Shown: one piece after another, positions 1 to 14,598 of the stretch | How positions within the stretch are numbered: position 1 is the first letter of the stretch | How the letters are laid out: the number at the start of each line of letters is the position of its first letter | Origin: Eledone cirrhosa | Taxonomy: Eukaryota | Reading direction: 5' to 3' | Assembly (NCBI GenBank): GCA_964016885.1 | Contig: OZ024740.1 | Span: forward strand, 85,870,001-85,934,000 | Length of the DNA: 64,000 bases | The notes under the pieces: generated by a model | Told to the model about the DNA's origin: nothing | The model's input: only the letters and a program-made list of their open reading frames with translations | Database searches by the model: none | Translations under genes and position numbers: made by a program

Positions 1-255
1 TAATCCATAGTCTTATAAACTCATCAGTGGATGCCCAAATCATATCGATATAAAAATTACATCGACATTAATAGATTAGTGATGGTCTCCTCCAGCGCTA
101 AAGAGACTGCTAGATTCGAAAGGCCAGCAGTCCTTATAAAGATAAGATACACGCTGCCCCCAAGAGGGTAAGGAGAGGTCATCTTAAAATATAAAACAAT
201 ATACACGCTGGTCAATTAAACCTGTTAGGTATTATAACCACGTATTTAAGAACTG

Positions 256-311
<56 letters not shown>

Positions 312-397
312 GAAAAATTGAACAGGGACAGAACAGAGAGGCAGTACGATAAATGTTTATTAAATTCACGCTCAGGAGAGTGGGGGGTAGGTGGGGG

Positions 398-430
398 ACG
401 ATGTTTCGGGCATAAGCCCTTCTTCAGGTG
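398..430 (-). ncRNA. Minimal type I hammerhead ribozyme motif (Penelope-associated), stem I degenerate
   Basis: Minus strand reads cac-CTGAAGA-a-GGGC-ttat-GCCC-GAAA-catcgt. Confidence 0.65.
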
Positions 431-1276
431 AGAAGTGTGTGGGAACAGAGTTCAAAAGGTGTGTAGGGGAGTGGTGGAGAGACATATAGCGAAGGGAAAC
501 GGTGCGAATGAAAAATTAACAAATAAAGACAAAAAATATAATAAATAAAAATAAAGCATGATCAAAATACAAGGAAAGAGAAAATTTAAAAATAAAGGCA
601 TGATCAAAATAAACTGAAATTAAAAGGGGGGTAAACAGGTGGTGGAAGATGTGGGGTGAGTAGGGGTGGTGGCGGGTGGAGTGGGGAGAGGGAGACGAGG
701 TGTCCGAGCAGTGAGGGCTGAAGGTGGTGTGTGTGGTTAGGTGTGCGTGTGTGTGTGTGTGTGTGTATGTGAAAGTGAGGGTTGGGGGAAGAACGGGGTT
801 GCATGTTCAGGAAGGTGTGTGTGGGGGGTGTTTTTGTGGGTCGGAGTGTCTGTGCGTGTGTGTGGATAGGGGGGTGGGGGGAGAGGAATCAGGAGGCTGA
901 GGGTGTAAATATGTGGTGGGAAGCACGTGTGTGTGGTTTAAGCGTGTTGTGGGTGTGGGTGGCGTGTGGATAAAAAAAATTTTTGTTGGGGTGTGTGTGT
1001 GGGTGAGTTATATAGGTGATGGTGTAAGAGGATGGTTGAAAAGTTGGTAAGTTACACCGATGTTTGGAGATTTTGGTTAGAAGTCAAATTCGCGTGTGGG
1101 TAATCCAAGAAGCGGTGGTCGGAAGAGGAGAGATGTGGGGTGCGCGCGCAACAGGAAGTGGTCAGCAGTGGGAGTGCTGTGGTCAGTTGGTGCTGAGAGG
1201 TGGTGGGAAGGGCATAGCAGCAGTCGGCGGAATGGTAGGGAGGCGAGGATGGGTAGGTGTGAGAGTTGGAGTGAGG

Positions 1277-1319
<43 letters not shown>

Positions 1320-1805
1320 TAGTAGGGGTGTTAGTGGGATGAGTGAGTGTGGAGCGGGGAGAGAAGGGTGTGTGTGGTTCTATGGAGGGAGTGTGGTGTA
1401 CTGGTGTGTGTGTAGTTTGGTGAAGAGGTGTTAGTGGGTATTAGTATACGGGAGGTGGGGAGGGGTGGAATGCAGGTGTGAGTGGGGGTTAGTGGGGGTA
1501 GGGTGTGTAGAGTTGGTGGTGTACGAGGGTGTGTGGGTACGTGTGCGTGGGGTTGGAGGGTGTTAGTGATGTTAGTTGCGTGTGGGGTGGGTGGTGTAAG
1601 TGGGTGCGTGTGTGCGTGTGATAAGGAGGGGGAGGAGGAGAAGAGGGGAGGGAAGGGATGTTAGTATGTTAGTTGGGGAAGGGTGGTCAGATGAGGGGTG
1701 GAGTGGAGGTGTTAGTATTGTTAATGTGGGGTGGGCGGTGAAAAGGAGGGGTGTGTTAGTGGTGTTAGTGGGGGATAAGTGTGGGGGGAGGGGGGCGGTC
1801 GAACG

Positions 1806-3227
<1,422 letters not shown>

Positions 3228-3632
3228 AATAAATATATATATATATATATAAAACAAATTTATTGTTCTACATGGCTGAATACATTAATTGTAATATGAG
3301 TTTTTCGAATATTAATAATAATATTCGATTCGTTTGCAAACAACCTCTTTAAGCCATGTCAGTAGAATGAACCTTTTATTCTTGCTCTTGTGTTGGCATG
3401 TAAACAGAACTGCAGGCACTAATGTTTCTGTGTGATTACCCTTCATCAGTACAGTATACTGTTTACCTACCAACTGTCAGAGATAGTGAAAAAAATTTAT
3501 ATACATAAATATACTTTCTATATATAATATATATATGAAGTAATTCCATCGGAAAAGTCTAGGAAAAGAGAGTGCTCTATGTAGGCAACAGAGCTTAATT
3601 ATTATTATTATGTAATAAACATAAGGCAATTA

Positions 3633-3692
3633 TTCCATTTACCAGTGGTTTCTTAAAAGCAAAAGGTTTTGCTTTCAATCATCAGAACGGAA
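3633..3692 (-). ncRNA. Type I hammerhead ribozyme (inverted copy)
   Basis: Exact reverse complement of the motif at 3804-3863. Confidence 0.85.
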
Positions 3693-3803
3693 AAAGCTGG
3701 TTTGTTTATTGAATTTGGATTACAAAACCAAAAAATCTTTTGGATTTGTAATCCAAAAAATTTTTTGGTTTTGTAATCCAAATTCAATAAACAAACCAGC
3801 TTT

Positions 3804-3863
3804 TTCCGTTCTGATGATTGAAAGCAAAACCTTTTGCTTTTAAGAAACCACTGGTAAATGGAA
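3804..3863 (+). ncRNA. Type I hammerhead ribozyme
   Basis: ttccgtt-CTGATGA-ttgaaagcaaaa-cc-ttttgcttttaa-GAAAC-ca-c-tg-GTA-aatggaa. Stem I is 7 bp, stem II is long, stem III is short and near-palindromic. Predicted cleavage after A3856. Confidence 0.88.
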
Positions 3864-3948
3864 TAATTGCCTTATGTTTATTACATAATAATAATAATTA
3901 TAATATATATACCTAAAAATATATGGGCATATATATAAAAATATATAT

Positions 3949-4034
<86 letters not shown>

Positions 4035-4057
4035 GCATATACATACGCATACATACA

Positions 4058-4091
<34 letters not shown>

Positions 4092-4483
4092 CGGGTTTCG
4101 GTTGTATTTGCAAATATAAATTGACAAGAAATCAATTCTTGGGATAAAATAACATCGTGTACACACACACATATGTATATATGTATTATATTCAAATTGC
4201 TCTGGGACTAACTTTCTTTTTTATGCTTACAAATCTAAATAAATGAAGGTAGTATGCAATCCAAGACAAAACTATGTTAAATAGTTCATAATATATGCGG
4301 AAGCACGTGAGCATAGTTATCGTTATCATAGATATAAAGATAATTTTTCCATCGCTCTCTCGGGAAGTTGCCTGAAGTTATCTCCCTTATTTATAAGAGT
4401 TGTGAATAAAGAAAATTGTGTACGGCATTCAGTACACGCCTGCGCACAGCACACACACACACACACAGACACACACACACAGG

Positions 4484-4602
<119 letters not shown>

Positions 4603-4769
4603 AAACACATTAGTACTAGCATTATGATAGGTTCATGATAGGTTGGTAAATGAAAGCATTCACAATACGTTTATGTATCATAAACACACGAGAGACTCGC
4701 TATGAATGTTTAAACCTACAGTCATATCTCCCATTAAACTACTCTTAGCGAAAATTCGTTTCCATGTTG

Positions 4770-5130
4770 GTTCTGTCTATTTTATGGCTGGTTGGTATTC
4801 TGATATAGTTGTAATATATGGCCCATGACTAGGAATATTATGAGAAATATAGATGCTTTTGAAATGTGGGGCTAACGCTGGATATTGTAAATTCTTTGCA
4901 TGGACAAAGTGAGGGATTCTCAAGTGGTGAACAAGATGCAACTGGATGGCCGGACCGATACTGCTGCGAGATATTACGAGACAACAGGACATATATTAGG
5001 CGGTTATGCTGAGAGGAATTTGGATAGACTTGTCAATACTACAGCGTCTGAGAAGCTGAAACAGGCCGCAAACAAATCATTTGCTTTGGTTACGCAAAAA
5101 TGGATAACAATAAAATCATTGAGGTGGAAA
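4770..5130 (+). pseudogene. Degenerate LINE (RTE-like) 3' fragment
   Basis: Eroded 'FEM....L.I.' and 'GHIL' peptide remnants typical of the region after the RTE RT domain. Weak. Confidence 0.35.
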
Positions 5131-5469
5131 ATACGGTTAAAGATAGAAAATGAATTGTGTATCGCATATCTGTTGGCCATGGGACATGACAATGCATGTT
5201 GCACCCCCCCCCACACACACACATCTATCTATATATGTATGTTTATATATATATATATATATATATACAAATAAACTATAGAGTTATTAACTCATATATA
5301 TATAGTCTGTCCGGGAGATGAAATGGTTATTGATATGGTATGTATGAGAAATCTTGTAAGAAATCTTGTAACATCCCATATGATTCAGGTTGAATGATAT
5401 ATAACATTTGTGGTGTAATCTACCCTAGTAATTTTAGACACGGGTTGACTGTGTTTACTTCTACACATA

Positions 5470-5566
<97 letters not shown>

Positions 5567-5599
5567 CAGTAATAGTTTGGTAAAATGATCCAAGGTATA

Positions 5600-6277
5600 G
5601 AACAACTCAAGTCCGTAGAACGAGTTTTGATATAATTATTAAGGTGAGTCTCTATAACGGCGCCATACCAGAAACGATCTTCAGATACCCAAATAAAAGA
5701 AACATTACAAAATTGGTGGATAAAATATGGCAGCTAAAAGATAAAAACATAGACTTCTCCATCAAATGGAAGATACTGGAACAATCTCGACCATATATAA
5801 ATAGGCTCAAAGACTGCAGGTTATGCAATGACGAGAAATGATGAATATTGAATAATCTCCACAACAGTAATAAATCCCTTCACACACGAACAGAATTTCT
5901 CTCGGGATGTTCTTATGTATCTAAACAACTTTTAAAGAACTGGCCTCCTTTGTATTTAATATTGGTTTTTACCCCCCCTCACAAAAAAAAATTGTATGCT
6001 GCACACAAAAACAAGATCGTATAGGACAGAACAAAGGAGTGGCACAAAATAACAAATTTGTCACTGAGGAGGTCACAGTGTGACGAAAGAGCTTTGACAA
6101 TAAACAAACAACCATCCGGTTATTAAACCAAACAACTGGAAATTTGTAATAAATTGAAGTGAAAACCAAGAGGTGATTGTGTTTTTATTGACAGCATGAC
6201 CTTCTCAAAATATAACAATATCTGTCTCAACACACGTTTCCAGATAAGAAATCTTGCAAGAGAAACAGAAACGCGAA

Positions 6278-6278
<1 letters not shown>
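5600..6278 (+). mobile_element. Penelope-like 3' remnant (GIY-YIG C-terminus plus 3' region with hammerhead)
   Basis: Peptide IWQLKDKNIDFSIKWKILEQSRPY...CRLCNDEK resembles PLE endonuclease C-termini. It is followed by an HHR and AATAAA and bounded by (TA)n. Confidence 0.7.
6058..6100 (+). ncRNA. Minimal type I hammerhead ribozyme
   Basis: ttgtca-CTGAGGA-g-gtcac-agt-gtgac-GAAA-gagctt-tgacaa. Stem I 6 bp, stem II 5 bp, tiny stem III; AATAAA overlaps the 3' end. Confidence 0.82.
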
Positions 6279-6362
<84 letters not shown>

Positions 6363-6621
6363 TATGGTGGCTGCCAACTCGTTTTCGAGTACGGCCACTG
6401 CTTTATATCCGTGTAGGAGAACCCTTACCGATGCGCTGAACGAGTGTGACTTTTTAGTCCAGCCAGCGACTTGAAAACTCTGGTACAGACACTACACTTG
6501 TGACAATTATTGACACATAGTGCTGAGCTCATGGTACCATGTGACGACAAGTGCAGAGAGATCTCCATTATAAAGCAATGCCTGTGCCGTGAAGCTTTTA
6601 TAGTGAGCAAAGGCACTGCAC
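6363..6621 (-). mobile_element. 3' tail of an RTE-derived element encoding a C2H2 finger remnant; the empty-site counterpart of the Gypsy target
   Basis: Peptide CSVCTRVFKSLAGLKSHTRSAH. Near-identical in reverse to 9212-9315 plus 14924-15076. Confidence 0.8.
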
Positions 6622-6696
6622 ATATATATACATGTATATACACATATATATACATGTATACATATATATACATACATAGATACATACACACATATA

Positions 6697-6732
<36 letters not shown>

Positions 6733-6964
6733 GTATGTATGTATACGTACATACATATATGTATACAGACGTACAGTAGCATGTATATATATATATATAT
6801 ACATATATATACATACAGGCACACATATATATATGTACGTATCAGTTTACCGAACATTTATTATAATGTTCGCTTTGTTCGTTTGTAAACAAACGGACAG
6901 CCTGATTTACGCCGTACAGTGTTCAGGCAACCACGTCACCTTTTTGTTCAACACTGACACAGGA

Positions 6965-7007
6965 ACGATGTACTAGTTTCAAGCTTGTTAGTTATCGTCA
7001 GCACCGT
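6965..7007 (-). ncRNA. Minimal type I hammerhead ribozyme (inverted copy)
   Basis: Reverse complement of 7128-7170. Confidence 0.72.
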
Positions 7008-7127
7008 ATACCCTTCTGCCAGATAGTTGAACGTTCGAAAGTATATACTTTCCTTATGAAAATTAACGTTAATTTTCATAAGGAAAGTATATACTTTCGA
7101 ACGTTCAACCATCTGGCAGAAAGGTAT

Positions 7128-7170
7128 ACGGTGCTGACGATAACTAACAAGCTTGAAACTAGTACATCGT
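7128..7170 (+). ncRNA. Minimal type I hammerhead ribozyme
   Basis: acggtg-CTGACGA-taactaacaagctt-GAAAC-ta-GTA-catcgt. Stem I 6 bp, palindromic ACTAGT stem III, weak stem II. Confidence 0.75.
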
Positions 7171-7454
7171 TCCTGTGTCAGTGTTGAACAAAAAGGTGAC
7201 GTGGTTGCCTGAACACTACGGCGTAAATCAGGCTGTCCGTTTGTTTACAAACGAATAAAGTGAACATTATAATAAATGTTCGGTAAACTGATACGTACAT
7301 ATATATATGTGTGCCTGTATGTATATATATGTATATATATATACATGCTACTGTACGTCTGTATACATATATGTATGTACGTATACATACATACTTACAT
7401 TTAAGTAAGTGCCGTACTAAGAGTGAGAAATGAAATTTCGTTTCATTCTATTCC

Positions 7455-7521
<67 letters not shown>

Positions 7522-7537
7522 CATACATATATACATA

Positions 7538-7598
<61 letters not shown>

Positions 7599-7650
7599 AA
7601 AATAAATCGAAAATGCAACTGGAGTCTTTTTAAGAATATTTATATATTTC

Positions 7651-7686
7651 CTCTACCGGTTTCACGGTTCTTATGCTTTTCAAAAG
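7651..7686 (-). ncRNA. Degenerate hammerhead-like motif with U3-A8 core variant
   Basis: ctt-TTGAAAA-gcataagaaccgt-GAAAC-cg-GTA-gag. Same repeat family as 35497-35532 (shared downstream aaaatgcaactggagtct). Confidence 0.4.
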
Positions 7687-7770
7687 TAAAATTGATATGT
7701 ATATACTTATATATATATATACACACACACACACACTCAACCCCACCCCCAGTACACACACACACACACA

Positions 7771-7868
<98 letters not shown>

Positions 7869-8707
7869 CAACTTTTTATCTTTACCTCTCTGTTAATCTC
7901 GACATGTCAATAATTATCTATCTATCTATCTATCTTCAATATGATGATTAAGCCATTAGAAAGAATTTATGATGTTAAATTAATGGTATTTATGGAAGCA
8001 AGAATTGCAGAAACGAAAGAATTCAATTGAAATAATTCTAAGTTTTGTGGAGTATTGAAAGCAGTAGCCATTAAGTACGAACATGGTCTCATTTCATGCG
8101 CTGCTGGACAAGTGCTTTCTTAAGATTGATCAACTTAGGATATTCTGAAATTGTTTGCTTGTCAAATAGGACCCAAAACCACCAATGCCTTGAGTGCTGG
8201 AGTGTAACATGATTCACTTTCTTTTGTTGTATATTATAGGAGAAGTCGGCCAATTTAAGCTAATCAATTGACCGCTTGTAGAAGATGCATTAGTTCTTTC
8301 CTGACAATCCATTTACATTTTAAATTCGAATAAGGTATTTTAATGTAAAGATAGCAGTAAAGCTACTTTTCATATAAACTTTGTACGTGTTTGCGGTATG
8401 GAAAGATACATCGGTTTCTCCTACTGAATAGCACCAAATTACAATATTGGTCGTATCCACACCAAATAATGACTTTCCCCGTCAAAAGATCTACCTCTGG
8501 GAAATTCATGTATTCAAATTTATGCCATACCTGTTCAACATTTTTTCAATGTACGTGTAGAGTTCGTATAAATTATAACTTTATCTAAATATACGTTTTT
8601 CTGTTCTAGTAGTTTTATCTTTCAAGTTCTTACCAATAAGTCGGTTACTAACCCCCATATCAGAACATACTCATTGAAATTTGGTAAACATCTACGGAGT
8701 TGTATCA

Positions 8708-8738
<31 letters not shown>

Positions 8739-8860
8739 TGTATGTATGTATGTATGTATGTATGTATGTATGTATGTATGTATGTATGTGTGTATGTGTG
8801 TATGTATGTATGTATGTATGTATGTATGTATGTATGTATGTATGTATGTATGTATGTATG

Positions 8861-9315
8861 TCAGGTCACCAGCTGGTGCTATTGGTAACATGTATCCCAG
8901 TACAACCTGACTCATGGTCGGGTCGTTGGCGACTAAACTGGCAACCCCACCAAGGTTTCTTGGTGAGGAGGGTGACTTTGGAAATCCTGCCGGACTAAAA
9001 ACAAAACCTGTCAAAGGGCAAAGGAGCTCTTAAGAGTCAATGGTCATCGTAAATCACCGGGAGAGATGACCCCTTAGCCTTTGTCAAGGCAGAATTCTAG
9101 GAGAAGGAAAACTCTGATATAACACCTGCAACTCTGATGGTATCCAATGATGTTGACTTGTTCTTCTTTTTGGTAAATATCATCTTGGTTAAGAGAGTGC
9201 GACTGGCTTTGTGCAGTACCTTTGCTCACTATAAAAGCTTCACGGCACAGGCATTGCTTTATATCTGGAGATCTCTCTGCACTTGTCGTCACATGGTACC
9301 ATGGGCCCAGCACTA
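8861..9315 (+). mobile_element. 5' part of a short non-autonomous RTE-derived element interrupted by the Gypsy insertion
   Basis: Begins after (TATG)n; its 3' part matches the element at 6363-6621. Confidence 0.65.
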
Positions 9316-9543
9316 TTTAGCAGTATTAGTTGTAGATGTTATCGAGATGCAAGTGACATAATAACAGCAGAAATTAGAGATGAAATATACGTTTATTTTT
9401 TGTTGTAGCACAAACAATGGTGTTGTACAGAGGCTGGTATCTGGCGTGTGATCCGTCGGCTTTCCAGTGGCTGTCTGTCTTTTCTTTCTCTGGCGTTCTC
9501 AACCGGCGTTGTTCTATCAAGGAGCGTGAGGCGTCTTACTACA
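9316..9543 (-). repeat. 3' LTR (TGTAG...CTAAA)
   Basis: Identical by eye to 14599-14826; contains AATAAA on the minus strand. Confidence 0.95.
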
Positions 9544-9769
9544 GTACCTCGAGCCAGATTTTTAAACTATTGAAAATCGATGTCATTACTCACATGTGGA
9601 GTAAGATGGCGAACAATGCAACAAGGGGGAGCTATCCGCTCTAGCAAAAATTGAATCCAGAATAAGGATTTGAAAAATGTTAAAAAAAAAACGACATGCA
9701 TGCATAAAAAAAACAAGGCAAAGAAAAAGCAGAAACACAGAGGCAAAGAAAAGGTGCAGCTAACATAGT

Positions 9770-12700
9770 CTAAATATAGACGGTGCTGCAAAGTTTTTTG
9801 GGCCAGTGGACCCTACGACCTGAACGGGTCGTGGTCTTGTAACGTGGCGATGGTGGTGGTGTAGGGACAGGCGATGATGGTGGATCAGGAACAGTCGTTC
9901 GCTCAACAGGCAAATACGAAGGGGTTCGTGGATCAGGAACCACAGCGTCCGTATCAAGGTGCGCCTGCTTAAGCCTGTCTAATGTAACTGTCACCCTGGA
10001 CCCCTTAATATCTAACGTGAAATGCTTAGCCGAGCGCGCTAAGACACGGTAAGGTCCAGTGTAAGGCTGTGTGAGCGGGGGCTTCACCGTATCATTCCTT
10101 ACAAAGACATGCGTCCACGAGGCAATATCCCTCGGGACAGCAGTCTTGACAGTTTGTTTCCTAGTGTCCATTGGCGGCAAATCCTGGAAATAGGAGCGCA
10201 AACGGGACACGTAGGAAGCGTGATCTTGGGCATCAAGATCGATAGGGGCAAGCATTTGCCCGGGCAACGTCAGAGGGGCACCGTACAGTACTTCGGCCGG
10301 TGAAAATCCAAAGTCGACCTTCACCGTTGACCGAATCCCTAGTAGCACAATAGGGAGGTACTCGCTCCAATGCGCCGAGTCCATTGAGGCCATTAAGGAG
10401 GCCTTCAGTTGTCGGTGAAAACGCTCCACCATACCATTCGAAGCGGGATGGTATGCCGTAGTTCGAATGCGTTTAGCACCAATTATTTTTGACAGCTCGA
10501 GGAAAAGGCTCGACTCGAACTGTCGTCCACGGTCGGTAGTTATTGTGGATGGAACTCCATAATGAGAGATCCATCCAGACACAAGAGCACGTGCTGTTGT
10601 CTCCGCGGTGATGTTTTTCAAGGGGATGGCCTCAGGCCATCTCGAAAAACGGTCAATGACGGTAAGTAGATAAGAAAAACCATCGCTGACAGGCCAAGGT
10701 CCCACTATGTCAATATGAATATGCGAAAAACGCGCATCTGGGTTGGTAAAGGTACCCAGGGGAGCCTTGACGTGTCGATGGACCTTTGATTTCTGGCAAG
10801 CCACGCAGGAACGGCACCAAGCAGCAATTTCACGCCTCATATTTGGCCAGAAAAATCTAGCTGATATGAGCTTTGCTGTGGCAGAAGATCCTGGATGCGA
10901 GATACAATGTAATCCCAGAAACACGGTCCGACGATGATTCTCTGGAACGAAGGGCCTAGGCACGTCCAAAGAGACGTCGCAGAGAATTTGGCCAACTGCA
11001 GTCGACAGAGGCAAGTATTTCATCTCGCAATTCGCAAACTCGGGCGATGTAACATCCATTGACTCAAGGGGAGGCTGATCCGCAGCCAAACGAGTCAGAT
11101 CTATGTCAGAGGGTGACGAGATCGCTGTCACGGGTAAGCGGGACAAAGCATCGGCCGCTGTATTTAGTGAACCCGGAATGTGCTGGATATCACTCGTATA
11201 TTGCGAGATGAAATCAAGGTGTCTCGTCTCTCTGGGCGAGTATTTATCAGCCTTCGCTCTCAAAGCAAAAGTCAATGGTTTATGGTCAGTGAGGATAGTA
11301 AATTGTCTACCCTCTAGCACATGTGAAAAATGTTTCACGGCCAAATAGATGGCTAAAAGCTCTCTTCCAAAGGTGCTGTAGCGCGTCTCAGCAGGATTTA
11401 GCTTTTTGGAAAAAAACTCCAGCGGTTGCTGGTAACCATTGATGTTTTGCTGTAGTACTGCGCCCACGGCGATATCCGATGCATCAACACAAAGCGTTAG
11501 CTTTGCACCGGGTACCGGGTGAGTCAGTAACGAAGCATTAGCCAAAACAGTTTTGGCGTGCTGAAAATCAGCAAGTTGAGTGTCTGTCAAAGAAATATCT
11601 TTGTTCTTCCTCCGACAATTTTTCAAAATTTCTGTCAGGGAGAAAAGCAACTTGGCACAATTTGGCACGAAACGCCTATAAAAGTTAACCAGACCTAAGA
11701 ACTGGCGTAACTGACGTAGTGAGGTCGGTGGAGGCAAATCCTCTATGACCTTAACTCGCTCAGGCCGGGGTCGAATTCCGTCAGCATCGATGACGTGACC
11801 CAAGAAAGTCAGTGACTCAGCACCAAAAACACATTTGGGTGCATTAAGCTGCACGTTATACGCCTTCAATCGGCGGAAAAGAAGATTCAAATGGTGCTTA
11901 TGCTGCTCTGGAGAAGAACTAGCAATGAGCAGATCGTCAATATAGGTATAGACGAAATCGAGGCCGCGAGTAACCTCATCCATAAACCGCTGAAAAGTAC
12001 TAGCGGCATTCCTTAATCCGAACGGCATAGTCAAAAACTCGAAAGACCCAAATGGCGTAACTATAGCCGTTTTTGGAATGTCATTTTTATGGACAGGAAT
12101 TTGATGGTACGCACGAATTAAATCCAGTTTGGAGAATATCTTGCATCCCTGCAACGAAGACGCAAAGTCTTGCAGATGAGGGATAGGATAACGGTCCGGT
12201 ACCGTTATCGAATTCAGGCGTCGATAATCTCCAGTAGGTCTCCAATCGCCATTCGCTTTCGGTACCATGTGCAATGGGGACGCCCACGGGCTCGTGGACG
12301 GACGAATAATCCCCATTTGCAGCATATGATCAAATTCTGATCGTGCTGCTTTGAGTTTGTCCGGAGGCAAGCGACGAGGGCGAGAGAAAACGGGAGCACC
12401 AGTTGTAGATATGAAGTGCTCCGTGGTATGAGTAGGTTCATCAAATCGAAAATTCCCCTGTGTCAGTTGCGGGAACGAGTTCAACAACGCATGGAAAGGA
12501 TCACCGGTGTTAGCAAGAAAAAATATCGGGCTAACCGTTGGAACTCCTGCTGCCTTGCCAACAACAGTTAATCCCGTGATGCCATCAATTAGGCGTTTAC
12601 CACGAAGGTCCACCGTCAATGAAAAATGGTGGAGAAAATCCGCGCCTAGCATCGGATACGGCAAGGCAGCGACAGTAAATATCCATTTAAACTCGCGCCG

Positions 12701-12952
12701 CAGATTACGAAACTGCAAAGGTAACGAGATTTGTCCGAAAGTTCGAATCGGCGAACAATTTACTGCCTGCAACTCAATAGGCGTCTCAGGGGGAGTCTCC
12801 TTCATACAACACACAGGCCATACGGAACAAGCTGCACCTGTGTCAACCAGAAAAGCTCTACCTGACAGCAGGTCCTCAATGAAAAAGTGGCGGTTAGATG
12901 TTGTTTCGCAGAGCGCACTATCCGCCGTTAGTGACTCTGGTCGTCTTTTCCC
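9770..12952 (-). CDS. pol: Gypsy Pol polyprotein (protease, RT, RNase H, integrase), uninterrupted
   Basis: LVDTGA, PWASPL, YRRLN, MPFGL, YIDD, VDAS, TDHKPL, ADALSR, HHCC zinc motif, HIDIVGP, TDRG, NGMVER, GPY. Confidence 0.97.
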   Translation of the reverse strand, partial: GKRRPESLTADSALCETTSNRHFFIEDLLSGRAFLVDTGAACSVWPVCCMKETPPETPIELQAVNCSPIRTFGQISLPLQFRNLRREFKWIFTVAALPYPMLGADFLHHFSLTVDLRGKRLIDGITGLTVVGKAAGVPTVSPIFFLANTGDPFHALLNSFPQLTQGNFRFDEPTHTTEHFISTTGAPVFSRPRRLPPDKLKAARSEFDHMLQMGIIRPSTSPWASPLHMVPKANGDWRPTGDYRRLNSITVPDRYPIPHLQDFASSLQGCKIFSKLDLIRAYHQIPVHKNDIPKTAIVTPFGSFEFLTMPFGLRNAASTFQRFMDEVTRGLDFVYTYIDDLLIASSSPEQHKHHLNLLFRRLKAYNVQLNAPKCVFGAESLTFLGHVIDADGIRPRPERVKVIEDLPPPTSLRQLRQFLGLVNFYRRFVPNCAKLLFSLTEILKNCRRKNKDISLTDTQLADFQHAKTVLANASLLTHPVPGAKLTLCVDASDIAVGAVLQQNINGYQQPLEFFSKKLNPAETRYSTFGRELLAIYLAVKHFSHVLEGRQFTILTDHKPLTFALRAKADKYSPRETRHLDFISQYTSDIQHIPGSLNTAADALSRLPVTAISSPSDIDLTRLAADQPPLESMDVTSPEFANCEMKYLPLSTAVGQILCDVSLDVPRPFVPENHRRTVFLGLHCISHPGSSATAKLISARFFWPNMRREIAAWCRSCVACQKSKVHRHVKAPLGTFTNPDARFSHIHIDIVGPWPVSDGFSYLLTVIDRFSRWPEAIPLKNITAETTARALVSGWISHYGVPSTITTDRGRQFESSLFLELSKIIGAKRIRTTAYHPASNGMVERFHRQLKASLMASMDSAHWSEYLPIVLLGIRSTVKVDFGFSPAEVLYGAPLTLPGQMLAPIDLDAQDHASYVSRLRSYFQDLPPMDTRKQTVKTAVPRDIASWTHVFVRNDTVKPPLTQPYTGPYRVLARSAKHFTLDIKGSRVTVTLDRLKQAHLDTDAVVPDPRTPSYLPVERTTVPDPPSSPVPTPPPSPRYKTTTRSGRRVHWPKKLCSTVYI
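12914..12952 (-). promoter_or_regulatory. -1 programmed ribosomal frameshift signal at the gag/pol overlap
   Basis: Slippery heptamer G GGA AAA in gag phase (12946-12952), followed after 6 nt by the hairpin cagag-t-cacta-acggcgga-tagtg-cg-ctctg. pol is in the -1 frame. Confidence 0.8.
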
Positions 12953-13708
12953 TCGTAAGCACAAGGAGGCCTACAACGGGCGGCTTTTTTACCATATCTT
13001 TCATGGTAATAACAACATGTTGTTCCTGGTGTGTTGGAAGGGCTACGGTGGCGAGAAGTTGAATAACGTCGTGAGCGGCTCCTCTGCCGTCCAAAGGACC
13101 TGAATTCCGTGCACAACTCCGCCATTTGACGAGTCATGGCTTCCATAGTTGTGATTAATTTGTCATCAGACGCTGATGAGCGTGATTGAGGAAGAGAAGA
13201 GGAAGCAACGTACTTTGGCTTCGAAGTGTCTCTCTTCGTCACCTCTACAATTTTGTCAGCAGAGACAGCAATGTGATCCAGGGTATTCACCTCTAGCATA
13301 TGGGCTAGGATCGCCTGTACCTCTTGAGGTAGGCGAGAGAAGAACAATTGCTTCAGGAAAGGGCTATCCTGATCTTGGGAATCGCTCAAATCCCGCAAAT
13401 GCCGGAGAAAAGCGGTAGGGGTCCTGTCACCTAATCGTTCGTCCTCGATCAGTGACCGAAAACGACTCTCTACCGACTTACAATTCCTCCTCAAAATCTC
13501 GCCCTTCAAAAACTCATACGTCAAGTCAGAGGGGGGGGGGGTCTGTAATTAGGTCTTGGACCGAATCTGCTAGATTAGGGGGAAGGCCGCTAATCAGTAC
13601 AGCGAGGCGCTGGTCAGATTCGGTCTTACAGACCGTAAAATACGCCTGTAACTGGGCAAACCACATCTTAGGTTTTCCAGTAAAGGCGGGCAAATGTGGT
13701 ACATTCAT
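12928..13708 (-). CDS. gag: Gypsy Gag, split by a frameshift at a homopolymer run (about 13530-13541)
   Basis: [48 protein letters not shown] and the C-terminal [18 protein letters not shown] knuckle. Confidence 0.9.
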
Positions 13709-14580
13709 GTCAACTTTTAAAATTAAAACAAATATATATACCTATATATCGAAAGAGCAATTAATGCACCCTTGTACAGTGAAAAGAGAACAGCCAATAT
13801 TGAGAAAATGTTAAAGGGCAAAAAGAAACAGACATTCAAAACATAAGGAAATATTCAAAATACATAAAATACAGATATATATCTTTAAAAAAAAATTTTT
13901 CCTTCAACGTCTGTCCCCTCGCGTTGCCTCAACGAACCAGCCAAATCAAATAAGGTAAAAAAAAGAGGAAGAAAAAAATGTTTTTTTTTTTTTAAAATAT
14001 ATCCGCGTTGGATATCAACAAAGGTAGCCAGTGGCTAAAAATCCCTTAGAAAAAGGTAAGGCATGTATATCCCCATGCGGGGCAGTTATGTTCACAAAAA
14101 AAAGTTTAGTCTCTTCTCTCTTGATCAGTCATGGAACACATACGCAATTCAAAAAATGTGTCCGTTACAAAACTGGGAAGGAACGCAACGCCACCTTGGA
14201 AAAATACACTTTTTTCTTTTTTCTTCTGTAAGTTGCGAAAAAGTTGGCAACGGAAATGGAATATTCAAGTGAATAAAAAAAAGTCGCTCTAAATTATCGA
14301 CACGAATGAATCGTTTTGATATTTCCGATGTGTGGTGGTCTGCGTCGGTAAGGCTATGAAGCTGCCACTCACTATTCCCTGTTTTGGTCAGTGGTTAAAC
14401 AATGTTGTCGCTGCTGCTGCTGTCGTTGTTGTTCTCGAGTGTAGCAAAAAGTTTATGAAATACTACTAATTTTTCGATAATTTTAAAAGGATTATTTTTT
14501 ATTTTCGCAAGATGCGAAAAAAAGGGCCGACAATGTGGCAATAAAAGGTCAATTGATGAAAAAGAAGGGCTGCGTTAAAT

Positions 14581-14597
14581 TCTTACGTCGGTCACCA
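14581..14597 (-). promoter_or_regulatory. Primer-binding site, tRNA-Trp-like
   Basis: TGGTGACCGACGTAAGA starts 1 nt after the 5' LTR. It resembles the complement of the tRNA-Trp 3' end (TGGTGACCCCGACGTGA) with two C missing. Confidence 0.7.
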
Positions 14598-14598
14598 C

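Larger units (their letters stand above)
3596..3903. repeat. Fold-back (inverted duplication) element with about 140-bp arms, each arm carrying a hammerhead
   Basis: 3596-3736 is the reverse complement of about 3762-3900, with a complex centre near 3750. Confidence 0.9.
6727..7457. repeat. Large fold-back element (about 340-bp arms, no spacer) with two hammerheads
   Basis: Perfect palindromic centre ttccttatgaaaattaacgttaattttcataaggaa near 7068, with near-identical arms. A related fragment lies at 17610-17808. Confidence 0.92.

Noticed and set aside
1-35. CTGATGA on the minus strand near the window start
   Set aside because: No GAAA or stem III is visible before the window edge, so a hammerhead cannot be supported.
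8862-8941. Possible HDV-like ribozyme at the 5' end of the RTE-derived element (ccagt...gtcgttggcgac-taa-actgg)
   Set aside because: P2-, P4- and J4/2-like parts are present, but P1 and P3 could not be placed convincingly.
9214-9549. 8-nt match cagtacct at the target edge and at the PPT/LTR junction
   Set aside because: It is not at the actual outer junction and is short enough to be chance.
10109-13814. Plus-strand ORFs antisense to Gypsy gag/pol (and similar ORFs antisense to the LINE ORFs)
   Set aside because: Shadow ORFs with no motifs; the opposite strand explains the coding signal.
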